Of a stretch of 57,135 bases of DNA, positions 18,901-26,362 are shown in pieces. The translations under genes and the position numbers were made by a program. Under the pieces are notes generated by a model. The model was given only the letters and a program-made list of their open reading frames with translations. It had not been told where the DNA came from and ran no database searches. Numbering within the stretch: position 1 is the first letter of the stretch; each line of letters begins with the position of its first letter. Source of the stretch: a virus (Duplodnaviria > Caudoviricetes); the IMG/VR virus record IMGVR_UViG_3300035180_004116, positions 1 to 57,135 of that record. One strand, 5' to 3'.

Positions 18901-21079
18901 CGTAGGCGGCATCCATGCCGATATCGGCAATGGCCTCGTCCATGATGTTGCCGGCTTCGATGTCGAGCGCATGCTCGATCATGATCTGGTTGATCATCGC
19001 CTGGGTATCGACGTTGCCGCCGGCTTCTCGGGCCGCTTCGATGCTGGCCTCAAGCTGCGCCTGCACAACTTCTGGCGACAGATCGTTCTCACGTGCGAAA
19101 TCTTCCAGACCTTCCGGGGTCGGGTCATATTCTTGGGTGACGTCGTTGGCCACCTGCTCGGTGAGCGCGGATGCTTTTGGCGTGGTACGCGGTTCGGCCG
19201 GGACGGCCACCAGGTTTGGAGCTGGTGCGGGGGTCGCCGCAGGTTCTGCCTGGCTCTTGATCGCGCGCAAGCTCGCCATATCGGCGCGCGCCTGGTTGAC
19301 GGCGGCCGTGTCCCCAGCGCGGCGGGCACGCTTGACCTCGTTCACCAATCCCTGCTGGACTGCCTTGTGATCATAGGCGGCGTCGGCCAGGCGCTGATGC
19401 AGTGTCGGGCTGAGGTGTTCCTGCTCCGGGTTGGCCACCTCCGGCAGGACATCATGCAGCGAGGCGTCCTGTTCGATTTGCGACGGGACATCGACGCCGG
19501 TCTTTTCCTGGAGGGCGGCGACGGTCTGGGCGATCTTCGCGTCGAGCTGGTCCGGCTGGACATCGACCGGGTTCTCTAGGGTGACGCCAAACTCGTTGGC
19601 CGCCTTCTGCCCCTGGAGAGCGTTGAGATGTTCCTGGAGCTGATCCGGATCAAGGAAATCCGCCGGCACGACGCCGGGGGCAGGCGTTTCAGTTGGCGCG
19701 GTCGTAGCAGGCGTCTCAGGCGTCTGGGTCGCCGCCTGGTCAGGATTGGCTGGTGCCGCTTCCGGTGCCTGGCCGTCTGGGTTGGCCTGGTTGGTCTCGG
19801 CTTTGGCATCGGCGGTCAGCGGTTCGCTGAGGCGGCCACCATCCTTGACGGCATCGACCACGTCTTCGGTCGGGATCGTGCGGTCAATGTTCCGCTTGAT
19901 CCGATCGAACATGAGCTGCCGGCGCTGGAGTTCCGACTGAAGGGCTTCCAGGCGCGATCGTGTTGCAGTGCGGGATTTGGCGTCGGCTGCCGGGCTGGCA
20001 TGCTCGGCCTGAAGATCGCTGATCTCCGATTCGGTTTTGGCGCGCAGCTCGTCCCAATTGCGGACGGTATTGAGGGCGTCGAGGTTCTGGTTGAGTGCGT
20101 CGAGCTTAATCTTCCAGGCGCGGGCGTTGCTGATCTTGGCGGCCGTGTCGCCCTGGTGCCTGTTGATCTCGTCTTCGAGATAGGTCTTCGCCGCCTCCAG
20201 CTTTTCGACCTGCTGGTCGTTCAGGCTGCCAAGGCTGGATGTCGGCACCGCCGGGGCGGCCGGTGGTGTGTCAGCGGGCGGCGTCGGCGGCGGTTCACTG
20301 GCGACCTGGGCGGCCTTCTCGGCGGCAAGTGCCTGTTCTTTGCGGATGACGTCGCGCTCGGCCATGCCACTGAAGGCGCCACCGACGCCGCCGGTAACGC
20401 CACCAAGGGTGCCACCAAGGAGAGCGCCAGTGCCGGCAGCCTCCAAGCTGCGCATCGGGCTATAGCCGTCTTGCAGGCCGATCTCGGTATCGCGCGCCTG
20501 GAGCAGGGCGTCTTGGGCGGTCGAGACCGCGGCGTTGCTCAGACCCTCGGAAATGATGCCGTGCTTGATGCCGGCCTTGATGGAAGCGCCAAGGGTGAGA
20601 TCCACGCCTTCCTTGGCCAGGCCGCGCATCGCCACCTTACCGGCGGCGCCACCTGCACCGAAGCCGATGAGGTTCAGCGGGTCGGCGACGAGACCAGGTA
20701 CTGTATCGAGGATGACCTTGCCGAGGTCGTCGCGCTGAGGCAGAGCGTCGAAGAGAACTTGCATCCGGGCCATGCGGCCGGCTTGCTGCGGATCAGCATG
20801 GTAGGCATCCCAGACGTCCTTGCCCATACCGACGGTATTGGAGCCACGGAAGTTGCGGTCTTTGTAGAAGTAGTCGAGAAGCTGGGAGCTGTTCTGGAAG
20901 CTCGCACCATCGCGCGTCTTGTAGAACTGTTCCATGTCCGCCAAGACCTGCGGGTCTTTAAGCGCGGCAGCGGCAGATTCTTGATTGAGTCCTTCAGCCC
21001 AGCCGAGCGTGGGAGCCGCAGGGCCGGTCTCCTGCCCAGGGACAATTGCTTGGGACAGGATCTTATCGAGGCTTTCCAT
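9935..21079 (-). CDS. Giant internal virion/ejection protein (3714 aa), polyvalent-type
   Basis: Last of the ejection-gene cluster; zincin HELGH...AELWA; degenerate ADP-ribosyltransferase-like motifs; C-terminal PLWAQTPVGSIIFQLKSYP region. Confidence 0.8.
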   Translation of the reverse strand: MESLDKILSQAIVPGQETGPAAPTLGWAEGLNQESAAAALKDPQVLADMEQFYKTRDGASFQNSSQLLDYFYKDRNFRGSNTVGMGKDVWDAYHADPQQAGRMARMQVLFDALPQRDDLGKVILDTVPGLVADPLNLIGFGAGGAAGKVAMRGLAKEGVDLTLGASIKAGIKHGIISEGLSNAAVSTAQDALLQARDTEIGLQDGYSPMRSLEAAGTGALLGGTLGGVTGGVGGAFSGMAERDVIRKEQALAAEKAAQVASEPPPTPPADTPPAAPAVPTSSLGSLNDQQVEKLEAAKTYLEDEINRHQGDTAAKISNARAWKIKLDALNQNLDALNTVRNWDELRAKTESEISDLQAEHASPAADAKSRTATRSRLEALQSELQRRQLMFDRIKRNIDRTIPTEDVVDAVKDGGRLSEPLTADAKAETNQANPDGQAPEAAPANPDQAATQTPETPATTAPTETPAPGVVPADFLDPDQLQEHLNALQGQKAANEFGVTLENPVDVQPDQLDAKIAQTVAALQEKTGVDVPSQIEQDASLHDVLPEVANPEQEHLSPTLHQRLADAAYDHKAVQQGLVNEVKRARRAGDTAAVNQARADMASLRAIKSQAEPAATPAPAPNLVAVPAEPRTTPKASALTEQVANDVTQEYDPTPEGLEDFARENDLSPEVVQAQLEASIEAAREAGGNVDTQAMINQIMIEHALDIEAGNIMDEAIADIGMDAAYDLGKFGPYVKASGKAGDLYDRVMRKHAKWLKQRVTNVFYSVFSANPGASIDEIFQKIEQDYGENFRREVVRSVYGEPTGQGMEVGVGSDVTVNGLKTGEKPRKYRFFLSNVIPNDVRVKAGEMYDNIIDRLWQGAPQTNKSWNRIVSLAETNVSDFIRRETERLGGNPKSIGLGVGLSGDSTGKISEFTDIPDYEPTASYALGSNFRLTGEFPGVDAEALTNINSDTPIYVGEVTRVDPATGHVVLVKDIISGRIWERGLDNSWKVSGKEQSFLRSNERGFFGRLFPKSEQSDLGLLNSFVRLFDSSEEAAARGIEQSNIDAASGQIVKSDVKRVKYAGQIAKQEARVKEITDALAGYNRAVDAQSQLDEVERQLQVFAAKAKLGDENAVTADPEYRRLTKIREKMIGILEKNNRDELAKIVGHPYEIGLVHEGGPLATRARINEELKVRRALLATYKSATKKEEAGLVAEEARLLRGHIPSQIIAEFGHEHPTTPKERRALRRKIRRRAKELRLEKRKDVAPAIETVPPTVADVDAEAARMAEAERARESAPQKQQEILQAVDAFKQHGDIGVLTKQLEEINQKYATPSVTGPDMPMKAKNPPMVVNHGGIEVDLNGDFSYTQLPEGRVGVKFLGAPVGHISINKDGSLTLAWAKEFGVQSTANFQSREELKRALPKIYDSLIKEAADNGQLTRAVSDKPTNEHPLNWRQTNKYREQAAVPAEASVAKPVQAKPVPTADRNSFNLPEGTLLAVRNKNESRVERQVRVEAVKKVKSGQPQTVADMVGKWGNHEIGFVPEGTPSNSKTASELFRPIGELPDYMNAAPEDRVRVKQESQPERKVLTLDNIKDVVIDPLDVPEWDRSLNTLQAVHDRMWQMENTGWPDRTAEMVQHVQRLNQIYDIIQKYAPNGIKYPSWRKRVFYDRVAGPLKVSTDRVAKGMRRGKSIFSSYSEEERLAVMDIIGRVTGMGETIPPIVELADDGSNTIGKFFFPDSNNAATRLSSVTEQIGAKSDQTLANAIGISNRDAEITPGVAAQPVSMRLIHELGHWSYANLLSIDQRRDFWNIMLQNYYGKDALMAGRLTGRNITPGHGGVTKSPAELWADQYTMYFMKNGRVGIDADNELYWRGDVTPRDVPGIQGLFGSWANRMSELIKDAAKKIMGLFRLQYLDSNSEAALELFDRDLVPILDALLPSEDDKGIASIWKLNPDLSTMEFKTNRGKLLTSAISRMDDWRKQLYLAMRDASPERLDQTLNDVSRDMKGYLFGWKNKRPTDEDFIQGLSRENLFQTLDIVHKWMQENSVHFRQQKGVADIENALSLSTGSLDGEAKSLTEALTGINLDRRDYTPEQHTQLYILSSDLSRELHDAQVAVAREWQKAEGRSLRVDPQVDADAGNIVRIGTPEERMKRGAARGKAAAAHKQRNARLEREAKQVAAEISNVGHKNDPKPAAAPKAAAFNAKTATNAQLFQRVRDGNGGKAAIVELRQRLQAGKINVSPEMSPELASAYNTIKDKTNSALSEAFFDAVKKGDGTRVRAIAIEYNRRAATAIGNGQNATPLLSPSNMSTLRWLGQEISDSHGVGNGGGIPASTRPDLADLVSKVTNRDARTDAIAKTLAYRLFNMIGRAEPGTLDAPNAVTSSDLMKIAGTDGEHGKLATSDSAEFNSMRDLLRVIATSLTAGRSVSPEVSAQVGSLMTRLTMNDADVANITRALLANGGTGTEKDAIDWFGNAWANYVADNVGRAKAIDAAGNLERTNPILAAKLGAQLDTMTEQAAYLLNGLLGNDSARRAFRHTSWYGDMFSNIRRTRPVSDVVSMVDGVVPPIFASDTGHEALTTKTGQQLARLSNWAGVSIEELNRHIMSRPVDGELARSPDGVYLLDSAEIASPETLVDVDTLRSDVMASGKDIPEKSRLLDQISALEDLNSQLAQAYRTFRSTRSPEAVGTIRFLNGQIDGVMSDLRTSVGVDIPSAVQNVLVKDGNFADLSSLATYQPGDSFVRRLTDSLVAEGLVSPDAASRVSGSTISGAALRDVLANAISARTGVSREGAQRVITGILKENGYHGVNLDHGSHGATLVFNEADVRPVDDDFLDLPDQPEDAPDGAPKFGGEFTSAIMDTSHPINPKATYPLAVDGQNFGVPADLVGLMKKMLRQEQPTVDDMQTPARFGAPLQLVNNSGRLRKTNQNVLAKYGEELYPMVHQMTGRDIADIYDILGKLPDAGGFFKKWFRHSRPFFTLGYMDVGQPASHDRIFRALDSGDFTKLQPEEAAAAKKIASFFDAKLSQMRDAGVKIGDIRKKRGGGYVTIVWNNKAMEEKPEAAISAFAKAFTMEWDRMVKDGQVTKAIDPAEAQARAKKLVLKLIDDDAISHLDEHGSLGNAQIDMAFQRVLAFTPEEMDKAGLYDFVHHNLMGIVAKYSDAANRRIVNQRWFGTRNFGFDTYKLVRDFGIDGVAQTLMSNKILRSRFMAPGLGGGMEDNELVGRIYDRITSNPAEARRIADEIFGIIKDGGGTEEAKRAAFDQLMSYSRTDLDTLKDTQLRAKMIVEGLADFGDQGNAISQSEREWTDDMMASYQGRPFARGAFHRPLAHTSKFLRNFNAVTLLPYATVASFPDLVMPLIRSGNMKAWLSGFAKFAGDDAYRKMMRNVGVSIENIVHDSLATIHGTDGSGISNAMFHANLLNPWTDMTRQIAGAVGHQSLIAEQERAMRMIVNGQTNTRQYRQAMRYLRYYGLDDYARPGAKLISDQDVVANDDRIRMAIIKFANEAVFAPNHNDIPLWAQTPVGSIIFQLKSYPLMAAKLAAWTVKEFPNNPKPLLYLLSAGAAFGAGTSAVRDIAQSRGGQDQQSRQFRIHNTDAMAAEFGWKKDSGTTSQDFLSWYVEGLISSGGLGMIGDLLYNQAAQIDNGAYGQMRVLSYIFGPSVGDFTGAMNIASGAEAAIGGADGTGRQRQAVREIAQRIPFIGGQKDIREAIVKSIAGDKTATNSDPWER

Positions 21080-21107
21080 CCGGTTCTCCAGTTTTCCGAA
21101 TGGCGCG

Positions 21108-21138
21108 ATTCTAGGTGTGGCCGGAGAGCCGGTCGTCC
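21108..21138 (-). promoter_or_regulatory. Putative late promoter
   Basis: GGACGAC-N18-TAGAAT. Confidence 0.6.
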
Positions 21139-23237
21139 TACCTGATCTTGTTGTAGAGCAGTAGGTTCATCGGCACGGTGTAGCTCTGGTCCATCAGCAG
21201 CTTGCCGGTCTTCGGGTCCGCCGCGGCAGTGTTCGGATTGGTGAGAAGACGCATCAGACCCTGCTCCGAAATCTGGACACCCTGGCTGGCGGCGCGCTGC
21301 TTGATCTCCGCCGCTTTGGCGGCGATGAGTTGCGACTTCTGCGCATCGGTCAGGCCACCGAACGGATCACCGTAGGAGCCGGTCTGGCTCTTGATGGCCA
21401 TCGCCCAGGTGTTGATGTCGTCGATGATGGCCTGCGCTTTGGCGTATGGCGTCTGGCGAGCGGCCTGCGCGTTTGTGCTGAGCATGTCACTGACGGACTG
21501 GCCGACCTGTTCGCTAGGCGACCCCTGGAACGACGGGCCGACCTTGGCAGGGTTGTAGGTGTAGGAGTCAAGGCGCTGGGCTTGCGCTTCCAACGCCGCG
21601 ACGAGTTGGTCGGCGCTCATGTCGTCAGGCCGGGGCGGCAACAGTACATCGCTCTGCGGCAGGCTGATCTCGTTCTTGATCGTACTGGCCATCTGACGAA
21701 TGACGGCTGCGTTGTGGCGCGCGGCCTGGGTGACGTCTGACGTGGCGCCCGGCAGCAGCGTGCTATCGGTGATGGCCTTCGCTTTGTCCAGGTAGTGATT
21801 GGCGAAGTTGCCCCACGGCTTGCCGTACCATTGCTGTTCAAATGTTGAGCCGGCCTCAACCTGATCGGCGACGCGCTGGGTGGCATCCTGGTTGAACGTC
21901 TTCAGATGGAAGTTCGTGATTGCATTGTTGACGGCTGCTTGCTCGTTTACACCCGCGCCGATGTCGTTGGCGATGGCCTCGCGAATGGCGATGCCAGCTT
22001 CCTTCGACGGGATGACGTAGTCTTTCGACAGTTCCTTGAGATGGTTGGCCGCCGCCTTTGCAACCTTGTCGTTGATGCCTGGTGTCTGGAACGGATAGTT
22101 GTTGGCCGCCTCTGCCGTGTCGGCAGACGTCCGCTGGATCTCGTTGAGGTCGATGCTCTTTGTCGCCTGGGCTGTCAGGCCGGCGATCGTTGACGGGATC
22201 GACTGGATGCGACGGTTGCGCGCTTCCGCGTAAAGATTGTCCAGCTCGGGTTTGGTCGGCGGCGTGCCGCGGGCCGCGATATAGTATTGTTTTACGAGGT
22301 TGTCGAAGGAACCGCGGTCCTGCACGTTCAATGCCTGGACGATCGCCGGGTCTTGCGAGATGGTGGCAGCCGTGGCAGCGGCGACCTTGTTCTGGCCGGC
22401 GGCGATGAATGGCGCCTGGTGCTGGCTCCAGGCCGACACGGCATTAGCCGGCGGGGAGAAGCCATTGGCGATGGCGGAAGCAGCAGACGATGCGGCGATC
22501 GGGTCGAACGGCAACCCGGTCTGCTGCGCCATCGTGGCGGCGTTGTTCATGTATCCCCAATACGCCTGCTCGTTGGCCTGGCGCTGCTGGAACTCGCGGC
22601 CGGCATTCGCGTCGGCGCGCGCCTGCTGCTGCTTTTGGAGATTACGGATCACATATGGTTTGAGAGCTTCCTGTGCCTGGGGGCTGATATACGGATATGC
22701 CTGCGGGATGTCAGCCGGGCTGGTGAGTTCGTCGAACTTCGGATTTTGCAGCGCGGACGTGACTTCGTTGTCCAGCATCTGGCTGCTCCAGTTGTCGTAG
22801 AATTTGGAATTTGCCAGGAACATTTGGTCGCCGATCTGCTGGCCGAAGCGATCGACAAGGGCGCCGTGCCACTTGTCGCGATCGTAGCCAGCATCCTTGA
22901 TGGCGTCCTTGGCGTATTGCTGCATCTTGTTCTTGCCGTCGAGGTCGGCAAGTTGTTGCTGGAACGTGGCAGCGTCGGCCGCCTTGTTCTGTGAACTGAG
23001 ATAGCTCTGAAGCGCCTGGCCAGCGGGGAAGGCGCCCTGCATGTAACCGTCATTGCCTGCCAGGTCGTACATCATTTTCTGGGCGTCAGCCGGCGTCAGC
23101 TTCACACCGCGGGCTGCCGCGTCGTCAATCATCTTGGTGAAGAGCTGGGCGTTCTGGAGACGCTGCTGGCGAGCCTTGTCCCAGGCATTGTCGAATGAGT
23201 CGTATTGTGCGCCGAGGCCCGGATTAAAGGTCATCAA
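21138..23237 (-). CDS. Internal virion/ejection protein (699 aa)
   Basis: Ala/Gln-rich helical protein in the ejection cluster. Confidence 0.65.
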   Translation of the reverse strand: MMTFNPGLGAQYDSFDNAWDKARQQRLQNAQLFTKMIDDAAARGVKLTPADAQKMMYDLAGNDGYMQGAFPAGQALQSYLSSQNKAADAATFQQQLADLDGKNKMQQYAKDAIKDAGYDRDKWHGALVDRFGQQIGDQMFLANSKFYDNWSSQMLDNEVTSALQNPKFDELTSPADIPQAYPYISPQAQEALKPYVIRNLQKQQQARADANAGREFQQRQANEQAYWGYMNNAATMAQQTGLPFDPIAASSAASAIANGFSPPANAVSAWSQHQAPFIAAGQNKVAAATAATISQDPAIVQALNVQDRGSFDNLVKQYYIAARGTPPTKPELDNLYAEARNRRIQSIPSTIAGLTAQATKSIDLNEIQRTSADTAEAANNYPFQTPGINDKVAKAAANHLKELSKDYVIPSKEAGIAIREAIANDIGAGVNEQAAVNNAITNFHLKTFNQDATQRVADQVEAGSTFEQQWYGKPWGNFANHYLDKAKAITDSTLLPGATSDVTQAARHNAAVIRQMASTIKNEISLPQSDVLLPPRPDDMSADQLVAALEAQAQRLDSYTYNPAKVGPSFQGSPSEQVGQSVSDMLSTNAQAARQTPYAKAQAIIDDINTWAMAIKSQTGSYGDPFGGLTDAQKSQLIAAKAAEIKQRAASQGVQISEQGLMRLLTNPNTAAADPKTGKLLMDQSYTVPMNLLLYNKIR

Positions 23238-24058
23238 AGCACTCCGTTGAAGCGGTCATACCGGTGGTCGACGTCGCTGCTCCCAGCAAGCAAGGTAGAG
23301 AGATTGGTTCCCTTGACCGTTTGGTCGATACCTTGCAGCGTCTTGCCGACCGCCGAGTTGAGGCCATCGATGTTGAGATTGCCCTGCTGATTGCCGATCT
23401 GATTGCCAAGCTGGTTCCAGATGCCGGAGCCACCCTTGCCGAAGCCAAGCGCCAGCGCATTGATCGGCTGGCCGTAGACATTGTTGACCTCTGAGAGAAT
23501 GTCGCTGCGGTTCTTGGTCGTCAGGTCATTCTGATTAGTGAGGCGAGAGACGGCGTCTGACCACGAAGTATCGCGCGCAGCCTGATAGGCAGGTGCAATG
23601 TTGGCGGTGAAGACGTCGGCGAGCCGCTTCGGTGCGATCATTGAAGCATCCATGCCACGTTCGATATCGCCAGCAGTGGACTGGCTTGAGACCATCTTGG
23701 CATAGCGATCGAGATCGTTCATCTTCGATGCCATCAACTGGTCCGAGTAACCCTTAACTTCGTCTGGCGTGATGATGTCGCGTGGGCCAAGCTGGCCATA
23801 AGCATCACGAATGGCCTTCTCATATTCGTTGACGCGGGTGACGAGATCGTTGCGCAGGCTCTCATCATACTGCCCGGCATTCATCTGCTGGGCAATGATC
23901 TGAGACATCTGTTGCGACAGTCCGCTGTTCTTGTCCAGGGCCTGATTGAGATTGTCGTTGGCGTTATACCAATCGAAGAGCTGGCCACCCAACTTACCAA
24001 TGTTGGAGTTGCCGCCGAACTGGCCGACTAGATCACCAAGAATGCTGCCCCATCCCAT
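23234..24058 (-). CDS. Internal virion/DNA pilot protein (274 aa)
   Basis: Gly-rich amphipathic N-terminus MGWGSILGDLVG, Gln/Asn-rich helices. Confidence 0.6.
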   Translation of the reverse strand: MGWGSILGDLVGQFGGNSNIGKLGGQLFDWYNANDNLNQALDKNSGLSQQMSQIIAQQMNAGQYDESLRNDLVTRVNEYEKAIRDAYGQLGPRDIITPDEVKGYSDQLMASKMNDLDRYAKMVSSQSTAGDIERGMDASMIAPKRLADVFTANIAPAYQAARDTSWSDAVSRLTNQNDLTTKNRSDILSEVNNVYGQPINALALGFGKGGSGIWNQLGNQIGNQQGNLNIDGLNSAVGKTLQGIDQTVKGTNLSTLLAGSSDVDHRYDRFNGVL

Positions 24059-24065
24059 GTTGGCC

Positions 24066-25136
24066 TCACAACGTAATGATGTTCTGGCCCCAGCCTTGGG
24101 CCATCAGGAAAGAGGGATTGGTGAAGACGCCGCCGTTATATTTGTACTCGATCTGACCGCTGTCCCGGTTCTTGATCGGAAGCAGGTAGGTGACATTGGC
24201 CTTGGGAGTTTCGGCCTGCGTCTGTGTGGTCGTTGGTGTTGGCGATCCAGAAGGTGTTGGCGTTGTGCCAGGCTCATAGCCTCCAGAGCCACTGACATTG
24301 ACGATGCCGTTGCCGAAGCCATTGCCGCCGGCATCGTGATTGCCAGCGTTCGGAGCTGAGCCACCTAGCCCGGACGGCTGGTTCGCAAAGTCATGGCCGA
24401 CAATGTTGGTGCCGAGCGAGACATTCATGCCTTTCCACCCTGTAATGGCCTTGCCAATGCCATAGGCCGTACTGGCGAGGCCAATCCCTGGATTAAGGAG
24501 GCTACCGACCTTCAGGCCAAGACCGAGAACGTCTAGGTCGACGTTGGGCGTCGATGTGCCATTCCAACTGGTATATGGATCTGAATACGAGAGGCCAAGC
24601 ACGCGACCGAGCATGCCGCCGGGCGTCTGAGTAGTTGCCTTGCCCAGGGCTTCGCCGAAGCTCATAGCCTTGGACACAGGATCGGAAACGCTGTGGAGGC
24701 CAAGGCCATCCATCAGATCCTGGCTGACCTTCTGACTGACAGCAGATTCGCTGGCATTGGGTCCACCATTCCAGCCGCCGAAGTGGGCGCCCATGTCAGG
24801 AGATGTCGCGCCGTTGCTGAGGGCCTTGGTGCCATCTGGTGCGCGGCTGCCGCCATATCCACCAGTCGGAGGACCACCGCCGTCGCCGCCTTTGCCGCCG
24901 CCAGCACCACCGCCAGCCGCACCAGCGGTGTCAGCGTGGTCGGCTGCGCGGCCCCTGCCGGTTGCGCCAACGTCATAGAACTCCAGGGCGCCGTCATGCG
25001 GATTGACGGTGCCGGCTTTGCCGGCAGCGAGCAGGACCGCGATGTCTGCTGGCTGAATGTGAGCCATCATGCTGTCGCCGAAGCGCCCGTTCGCGGCAAG
25101 CTTTTGCATAACTTGAGGGGGAACTTTCCAGGCCAT
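24066..25136 (-). CDS. Gly-rich virion protein, paralog B (356 aa)
   Basis: GRFGDSMMAH...NPHDGALEF domain and C-terminal motif shared with the upstream gene. Confidence 0.7.
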   Translation of the reverse strand: MAWKVPPQVMQKLAANGRFGDSMMAHIQPADIAVLLAAGKAGTVNPHDGALEFYDVGATGRGRAADHADTAGAAGGGAGGGKGGDGGGPPTGGYGGSRAPDGTKALSNGATSPDMGAHFGGWNGGPNASESAVSQKVSQDLMDGLGLHSVSDPVSKAMSFGEALGKATTQTPGGMLGRVLGLSYSDPYTSWNGTSTPNVDLDVLGLGLKVGSLLNPGIGLASTAYGIGKAITGWKGMNVSLGTNIVGHDFANQPSGLGGSAPNAGNHDAGGNGFGNGIVNVSGSGGYEPGTTPTPSGSPTPTTTQTQAETPKANVTYLLPIKNRDSGQIEYKYNGGVFTNPSFLMAQGWGQNIITL

Positions 25137-25137
25137 A

Positions 25138-26361
25138 TTACACCATGATCACATTGCCCCAGCCTTGGTTGGCCAGGGGGCTTGAGGAGAGATTGGTCGA
25201 TACCGGCTTCAGACTGATCTGGCCGGTGTTGCGGTCCTTGAGCGGGGCGTAATAGGTCACACCCGAATTGTAAGGTGTTTGCTGTGACGACGGCGTCGGG
25301 TTGACGACCGAGTTGGCATCGACCGCGGCCGGCGTAGTCGAGCCAGACGTTTGACGATCGGGGTAAGCAGCCGCACTCGTGCCAAGGTTCACTCCGCTGG
25401 ATTTCGGTGGGTCGATAGTTTGTCCCAGCATGCCGCCGGCAATTCCACCAATCCCGGCGCCGATGACCGAGCCAATGCCTGCGTTCGCGATAGAACTGCC
25501 GAGGCCATTGCCGATGTAATCGCCAACTGTTCCCGTGGTGCCGAGCAGCTTGTCGCCATAGGTGCCACCAAGCCAGGTGCCGGCTGCTGTGCCGAGCGCC
25601 CCGCCGACGCTGTCACCACCCGCATAGTCAGCAAGGCCGCCGGCAAGGGCAGCGCCGGTTGCGCCGCCGACCCCTGCATAGTCACCCAATGCGCCGCCGG
25701 CAATCGTGGCGGCGATCTTGACGACTGGGTTCTTGAAGATCTTCTTGAGCGACTTGAAGAAGCCGTATTCCGGCAAGCCGGTACTTGGATTTGTTCCCTT
25801 GTTGCTGATGACGTAGTCCTGCGGGTCGATGCCTTCTTCGGCGAAGACCTTGGCGATCATGGCCTGAAGATCCGGGCGCTGCTGGATCAGCTCAGGCGGG
25901 ATGGCCACCTCGCCAGGCGTCATGTGCGCAAGCACGGTATCGTTGCCGCGTCCCATGGCGGCCAGGTCGCGGGCTGCATATGGCGCTGGAAGGTTCAAGG
26001 TTGCCTCCGGTTCCACACGCTGGAAGTAATTGCGCAGGGCATCTGCCGTCCGGTATTTGAGGTCGGCCGGGCTGGCATTGAATGTCCAGGTGTCATTGCC
26101 GTTGTCGACCCATTGGCCACCCGGATTGTCGGGCGTGCTGTATTGGCTTTCGTTCGAGAAGGTTGGGTGGTTCGGCTTTTTCCAGGTGTCGGGCAGATGG
26201 CCGCGCGGATCTTGCGCGATGCCAGCTTTCCAGGCGCCACGCAGATCGTAGTCGCGCAGATCGTCGAGCCGGCCATTCGCTTTGGCCCATGCGAGAAAGG
26301 CCGAGTCGAGGAACGGCGCGACGTCTGTATTGTATTGGCCGGTGAGATCTGCTGGGTCCAT
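25138..26361 (-). CDS. Gly-rich virion protein, paralog A (407 aa)
   Basis: Start MDPADL 1 nt after the upstream stop; N-domain DYDLRGAW...KKPNHPTFSNESQY; GRGNDTVLAH...NPSTGLPEY; glycine zippers. Confidence 0.75.
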   Translation of the reverse strand: MDPADLTGQYNTDVAPFLDSAFLAWAKANGRLDDLRDYDLRGAWKAGIAQDPRGHLPDTWKKPNHPTFSNESQYSTPDNPGGQWVDNGNDTWTFNASPADLKYRTADALRNYFQRVEPEATLNLPAPYAARDLAAMGRGNDTVLAHMTPGEVAIPPELIQQRPDLQAMIAKVFAEEGIDPQDYVISNKGTNPSTGLPEYGFFKSLKKIFKNPVVKIAATIAGGALGDYAGVGGATGAALAGGLADYAGGDSVGGALGTAAGTWLGGTYGDKLLGTTGTVGDYIGNGLGSSIANAGIGSVIGAGIGGIAGGMLGQTIDPPKSSGVNLGTSAAAYPDRQTSGSTTPAAVDANSVVNPTPSSQQTPYNSGVTYYAPLKDRNTGQISLKPVSTNLSSSPLANQGWGNVIMV

Positions 26362-26362
26362 A

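Noticed and set aside
9935-21079. Virion RNA polymerase (N4-like) because of size
   Set aside because: I could not find DxDGD-type or T7-type polymerase motifs; a structure search is needed to exclude it fully
10037-23053. Long plus-strand ORFs opposite the ejection genes (and similar ones opposite fibre, portal and terL)
   Set aside because: Antisense shadows expected from high-GC codon bias; no RBS or motifs
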